Shown piece by piece: positions 63,001-64,000 of a DNA stretch of 64,000 bases. Source of the stretch: an uncultured Acidobacteriota bacterium (lineage in GTDB: Bacteria > Acidobacteriota > Thermoanaerobaculia > Multivoradales > UBA5704); NCBI GenBank assembly GCA_963770895.1, contig CAVYRF010000002.1:3680001-3744000 (forward strand), given 5' to 3'. Every line of letters starts with the position of its first letter. The first letter of the stretch is position 1. The notes below the pieces were generated by a model. It was not told the DNA's origin. It was given only the letters and a program-made list of their open reading frames with translations, and made no database searches. Position numbers and translations under genes: made by a program.

Positions 63001-64000
63001 CTGCTGCCAGGCCAGGGGGTGCAGCCCGCCGTCATCGCCGGCATGGCCGCCGAGCTGTATCGCCTGCAACCGCGCTTCCGCGCCGCGCTCGACCGTGCCG
63101 CGGAGCTGCTCACCCCTCACCTGGGCCGCGACCTGCGTCAGCTGCTGATGCCGGGCGGCGGCCCAGCGGAGGCCGCGGCGGCGGCGCGCCTGCTGGAGCG
63201 CTCCCGCTTCGGCCAGCCGGCGCTCTTCGCCGTCGAGCACGCGGCTGCCGAGATGTGGCTGGCCTGGGGCGTCCGCCCGGTCGCCCTGGCGGGCCACAGC
63301 GTCGGCGAGTACGTGGCGGCCTGCCTGGCCGGCGTCTTCACCTTGGAAGACGCGCTCGCCCTGGTGTCCCTGCGCGGCCGCCTGATCGACGAGGAGCCGG
63401 CGGTCGAACCGCTGGTGCGCGCCGTCGCCGCGGTGCCCCGCCGCGCGCCCGCGATCCCCTTCCTGTCGAACGTGACCGGCACCTGGATCCAGCCCGACGA
63501 GGCGACCGATCCCGCCTATTGGGGCCGCCACCTGCGCCAGCCCGTCCGCTTCGCCGGCGGCATGCGCACCCTGGCCGCCGCTCATGCCGATGTCGCCCTG
63601 CTGGAGGTCGGCCCGGGCGAAACCCTGGGGCGCCTGGCCCGCCGCGTGCTGGGCGAAACCGCCGCCGCCGGCCAGCGCACCGCCCTGGTCGTCGCCACCC
63701 TGCCCGAGCAGGCGCCGGCTGCCGGCGGCGACGCTGGCGGCGACGATGACGGTGAGCACCTGCTGCGCACGGTGGCCAGGCTGTGGCTGGCCGGCGTGGC
63801 CTTGGACCCCTACGCGCTCACCGCGCACCAGCGCCGGCGGCGAGTGGCGTTGCCGGGGCAGCCCTGGGAGCGCCGGCGATTCTGGCTGCCGCGGCCCGCG
63901 ATGCGGCCGGTCGCCGGCGGCGCGCTCGCAGCAGGGCCGCGGATCGCGGCCGGCGATACGGCGTCCGCCGCGGGGGAGGCTACGTCCACGCTGGAGCGCT
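48046..64000 (+). CDS. Hybrid PKS-NRPS-PKS, 3'-partial (orf6, >5300 aa): KS-AT-KR[DH]-ACP-C(DCL-like)-A(Val)-T-C-A-T-KS-AT(deleted)
   Basis: GTG 48046 overlaps the orf5 TGA, with GAGGTG just upstream. All motifs to base 64000 are in frame +1, and the ORF track shows no frame +1 stop here. KS QTACSTS (Cys 48667 and 61933), AT GHSVG/HAFH, KR TGGLGGIG and YGAAN, DH HRLLGNAVIP, C HHLLLDG and HHVAADA, A codes DALWLGGTFK and DVFFLGAVFK. Confidence 0.93.
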   Translation, partial: MSGFDPVPPPGLAGRAAQADDAGTPNNVGDADRTDRAIAVVGMAGRFPGAEDCEALWRNLCAGVESIRFWSSEELLRAGVAADVVARPEYVRARGLLDGVEDFDAGFFGWSPREAELTDPQHRLFLECSWQALEQAGCDPARYSGLLGVFGGSGVNHYLLRHLYPNRELMEQVGGFQASIHNRADHLATRVAYHFDLHGPAVSVQTACSTSLVAVALACQSLLSYQCDMALAGGVTITLPQVRGYLYREGGIESPDGHCRAFDARAAGTVEGDGAGVVALKRLADALADGDPIRAVILGAALNNDGAAKAGYTAPGLDSQAEVIATAHAVAQVEADSLGMVEAHGTGTQLGDPIEVAALTRAFRLTSKRRGFCALGSIKTNLGHLDAAAGIAGLIKAVLAVERGQIPPSLHFESPNPALNLDESPFYVNASLRPWPAAAAPRRAGVSSFGIGGTNAHVILEQPPARPAGGAAAPLPCQVLALSARSGPALEAATAQLLAHLRQLQASPEGLDAGRLADVAYTLQTGRALFAHRRVVVAEGVAGAIEALDTLDPERVFLRVQASGHRPVTFLFPGQGAQYPGMGAGLYAALPHYRREVDRCLAALEPPLAAELGELLRPAAAGAGGSGGGAAAGAPAAAGEEERKRAAGDRLAQTALTQPALFIVELALARQLMDWGVRPEAMLGHSVGEYVAACLAGVLTREDAVRLVALRGRLIQELPAGGMLTAILPERELAPRLTGGLALAAMNGPSLGVVSGPLDQVADLERRLSAEGVVTRRLHTSHAFHSAMMEPALPAFRAAVAALRLAAPQIPYLSNLTGTWITAAQATDADYWVEHLRRTVRFADGVLQLLREPQAVLLEVGPGRSLKTAARWHPAKTPQQVIETTLPHPREQRSDLAALCGALGRLWLAGVAPDWQRVHGGRRQLVALPTYPFERRRYWIEPPAETPAGRAAADATSRRADLADWFYRPVWREAPLAPHATAAAAIAANAVTAAGADAGTVAGASTAASAETAAVVGTAAGATTAAGAGAAGPLLVLTRGDAISERLAARLERAAGGVVRLLPGAAFAELDERRFLVDPRSHEDFASLLATLADRGLAPRAIVHLWCLPAVDGAVDVAGVAGAAGAGDELVLGFYSLTALARALAGRDLPPALPLLVVASGIHEVTGDEPLCAERAMLAGPVKVIPRELPGVVCRAVDVELPPQGGGTVAARRLERLIEQVAAELDAALTRQGEPLVALRGGRRWVLDYAPVRLPAAPRTAAAAQPGSDAALPLRERGIYLVTGGLGGIGLAVAEMLARDWRARLVLVSRRELPARELWAERLAASGRQAGRGAALQAERRLLARLIQLEDLGAQVWVASADVADAGAMRALVAAVRARWGSIDGVFHAAGVADGGMLQLRTPEASAAVLASKVAGTRALAAALAAGDSAPSASPAPGAPLAPPALIGQTAPVAPPAAPATLAQTDAPRLFVLFSSLSSVVGRFGQVAYGAANAFLDAFAHERSRAGGGLTVSINWGEWSGVGMAAAPAAGAAPGTADATAASDAAVVDHGAAGGGEMAAAQGAAGRHPLLDRSWVEPSGEEVFATDFSVDRHWVVDEHRLLGNAVIPGVAYFEIVRAALAGRAEGRALRFAEVVFVAPIRVRDSGSREVRLHLVPAGDGFRFAVRSVPEVEEGGGTEPRDHVMGQVAFAAAAAPPARDLAAIKGRLPRRVLFTEEDREDDLGPRWQNVRMAFIGEREVLTRLELADELAGDLATMRYHPALADRAAGVAKEYLIDGTYLPLTYGRLTIFRDLPARIYSHARYRPQDGSNLETATFDISILDDAGEVVAEIEEFTQKRVNDAAIQIRTYSVRREAAADAEAAEAPRGMSAAEGIEALTRVLAAGLGPQVAVSPRDLAAVIAQADAVAEERALAGLATAVGGAADSAAGAARPAHPRPALDTPYREPQTPTERAIAAAWQQQLGVEPVGADDNFFALGGDSVVAIQILAALRQVGLTLGPQQFFQHQTVAALALVAGELALPFSGAAGAGAAGVAGADTSGASGGMAAPAGTAAAAPLPSLGAADLTALGLAPQTIEDSYPVSPMQAGMLFHSAYHPHAGDYVEQVTWTVDGHLDDAAFAAAWAYVIARHPVLRTSFPAGGQEPLMQVVHRRVEVPLERRQVAAGALDRWLEVDRRLGFDPARAPLMRLVELIGDPLAGASGGTGASDAGSGGGASAAGDAVHAGDAGLAVGKEGGRRRFVWTYHHLLLDGWSAALVLGEVFAAFAAFAAGERPQLPPAPPYRDFLAWLARQNREAAAAFWRRTLAGLPAPSRQESTAVISGTVGTLDAGAGAGSRAAAEERYHSRRLALGTEASGRLRSLARRHRLTLNSIVSGAWALLLARRGAGDDVTFGGIVSGRPPELPGIEAMVGLLINTLPMRVRVEEDAPALAWLAGVQAAQVEARGFEHSSLADIRQWSGLPADRALFDSLLAFENLPEGELPAAGGGGPVLGGVGRSPGRTGLPLTVEIFPGVPLLIDVTAQEARCDRPQLARLALQLEQLLVDLGGLAGLPEADAAAAPVAALRSLPAAERHLLLHEWGGGAPLATRPEMAAAAGRSLVHERSADASLPVRAGIAVGAGAALVNTLGERFASWVALRPDAVAVHDGDLRLSYGELDRQAGRLAAVLAARGIGGETRVAVALPRGTQAVVALLAILRAGGAYVPLDRVAPIERLLWLLEDTGAAALIVPAAAPASVPPATSPSLSSAPPSQSSFPAISSSSPESAPPAPARRRGGEAASLASLATLASARWPSLAVVAVDAAGDLDAAGMQAQYAAAPAPALGRGLASADALAYVLYTSGSTGVPKGVAVPHGAVLRLIDGDCAAFSPDEVWAQLAPLSFDAATLEVWGALLHGGRLEVLPDEALSPRLLPGALASRGVTSLWLTAGLFQLLAEEAPESFAGLRQLLVGGDVVAPAAARAVLAAHPHLRLINGYGPTEGTTFTCCCRLDAAVAAAPALPIGRPIAGTRVLVVDERLRQVPVGIAGELCAGGSGLARGYLGRPDLTAASFIPDPAGAGAAGGGAAGERLYRTGDRVRFRPDGTLAFLGRLDSQVKIRGFRVEPSEVEAVLAAHPRVAQAAVVVAGAAGERRLVAWVAPAGGAAAPPLDPGELAAWLGERLPAYLVPASIMVADALPLTANGKIDRRRLADLPATMATTATAAAAGGAAAGEPAAAPAAEPPATATERRLAEIWARLLGAPVGDRRGNFFALGGDSLVALRASAHLRDAFQADVPLSRLFELPVLADLAAWIDGAQAAAGEDRASAGGAAGAAAADTADVLVPVSRAQPLPLSFGQQQLWLLDRLTPEQSQYNVAVAVELAGNLDAGALAAALRGVLARHEALRTRLVTPDGDDAGGEPHQVVMPAAPLPLPLIDLAALAPAGREGAAAGVRAAAEARPFDLASAPMLRATLLRLEPDRHLLLLVVHHVAADAWSLGVLLRDLAALYRPSAAPPPALSQHPAASPTASLQHQEQSPPLPALPIQYADFAAWQRRRLRGERLGALLDFWRERLAAAPPPLPLPLDRPRPALRSPAGALRALALPPDTLAALRRVAEPHGATLFMALAACFATLLLRATGETDLVLGTPVANRGRQDLEGLIGYFVNTVVLRLDLAGDPPFGELLERVRAAALDAFAHQEMPFERLVEELAPARDLALTPIFQVLFALQNAPLPAVELPGLRLTPRPALGGTAKFDLSLTVEQDVVGPAAVAEYARAVFDPPRIERLLGHFATLVEAAAQAPGQRIGALPLLSPAERHQLAVEWNDTQGAYPRDATLDGLVLAHAARAPEALAVVRGGGGAGAAEERLTYGELAARAARLARQLRDLGLRPGDLVGLGAERSLEMIVAMLAVLLAGGAYVPLDPEQPEERLRFVMADAGIRLVLAPASWLAARQASLGDHRSVPLDGVAAPAPAGAADTAARTAAEAAAPPPAGTLPLSPAYVMYTSGSSGRPKGAAVPHRAVARLLLGSNLVRLAPGDRVGNLCNPAFDVTVFEIWGALLNGATVVVIEPGETLALGDLAATVARRRIDVLFVPTALFNQLVEQEPEALAALGGLRQLLIGGEAADAVRVRQALPAMTGRLVNAYGPTEATVFASAWRLLDVAGDAVPIGRPLTNTRLHVLDAAGEAVPLGSAGELCVAGDALAAGYVGRPDLTAERFVPDPFAGRAAGARDGWNEPGGRLYRTGDRARLLADGTLQYLGRLDAQVKIRGFRIEPGEVEAALMRHPLVGAAAVGVRDDLPGGRQLIAYVTGEAVSAAELRSFLKDSLPSYMVPAHFVTVPALPLTANGKLDRAVLARIAAVLSPAASAAAAAGSGPPPRGVLEEEIAAVWREVLGVAAVGRDDNFFDLGGHSLLLAKVHARLRHRLAGLEALDLFRYPTIAALAAHLLPPPAVGTDVGASATTGLPSLPPLADYLRGAPVLPVAVGDVAVVGMAGRFPGAASVDELWRNLMAGARSMRQLSAADLDRAGVPAAERGAPGYVPVAATLDAIDQFDAAYFGLTPREAAVMDPQQRLLLECAVETLQDAGYEPASWRGRIGIFAGSAMNSYSLHVLAADHGANDLQARLGIEKDFLASRVSYRLGLEGPSIAVQTACSTSLVAVHLACRSLLAGECDLALAGGIALRNLYGEGYLHEPGGVLSPDGHCRSFDAAAAGTVAGDGVGLVALKRLADALADGDTISAVIKGSAVNNDGGGKIGYTAPGHRGQARVVRDALAAAGVDPRTVSYVEAHGTATSLGDPLEVAALAEAFAAGGAAGDGAACALGSLKSNIGHLDSAAGIAGLIKTVLALRHGAIPPSLDFTQPNQRIRFAGTPFHVATAAIDPWVGHGGVRRAGVSAFGIGGTNAHVILEQAPPAAAAAPDGGSQLLQLAAPSEAALARTAAALADHLARNPGLELADVAFTLRVGRRAAAHRLAVVSGDRAAAIAALRGQDPARLLRGTTRREPPVALLLPGQGVQPAVIAGMAAELYRLQPRFRAALDRAAELLTPHLGRDLRQLLMPGGGPAEAAAAARLLERSRFGQPALFAVEHAAAEMWLAWGVRPVALAGHSVGEYVAACLAGVFTLEDALALVSLRGRLIDEEPAVEPLVRAVAAVPRRAPAIPFLSNVTGTWIQPDEATDPAYWGRHLRQPVRFAGGMRTLAAAHADVALLEVGPGETLGRLARRVLGETAAAGQRTALVVATLPEQAPAAGGDAGGDDDGEHLLRTVARLWLAGVALDPYALTAHQRRRRVALPGQPWERRRFWLPRPAMRPVAGGALAAGPRIAAGDTASAAGEATSTLER

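Noticed and set aside
48107-63749. Fragmented + strand ORFs (48213, 51360, 52767, 56703, 60102) suggesting a frameshifted pseudogene
   Set aside because: They are alternate-frame shadows. All PKS/NRPS motifs fall in one frame from 48046 that runs off the window.

Overview
The window lies entirely inside one very large, high-GC, + strand hybrid NRPS/type I PKS operon. It holds six megasynthetase genes (first and last truncated by the window), and four of the five junctions are 4-nt start/stop overlaps. Domain order, read by eye from motifs: orf1 (<2-4306) ...A-T-C-A(Ala-like)-T; orf2 (4319-14704) KS-AT(GYSLG)-KR0-ACP-C-A(unusual)-T-E; orf3 (14701-33996) C(no His)-A(Thr)-T-C(dehydrating type)-A-T-C-A-T-C-A[NMT]-T-C-A(Ala)-T-TE; orf4 (33993-44528) ACP-C-A(Ala)-T-C-A(basic aa)-T-C-TauD; orf5 (44525-48049) interface domain-A(Glu)-T; orf6 (48046->64000, missing from the ORF track because it has no stop) KS-AT-KR[DH nested]-ACP-C-A(Val)-T-C-A-T-KS-AT(72-aa deletion). 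The most notable signals are: a split TauD/interface beta-hydroxylation module acting on Glu and feeding a KR/DH PKS module (a possible vinylogous hydroxy-Glu Michael acceptor); a His-less C domain; a Thr-to-Dhb type C domain; an AT missing its small subdomain; a TE followed directly by a new ACP-starter gene; and many in-frame low-complexity or tandem-repeat insertions. No RNA genes, mobile elements or CRISPR arrays were seen. Domain boundaries are approximate, and A-domain codes were extracted by manual alignment to GrsA, not by software.
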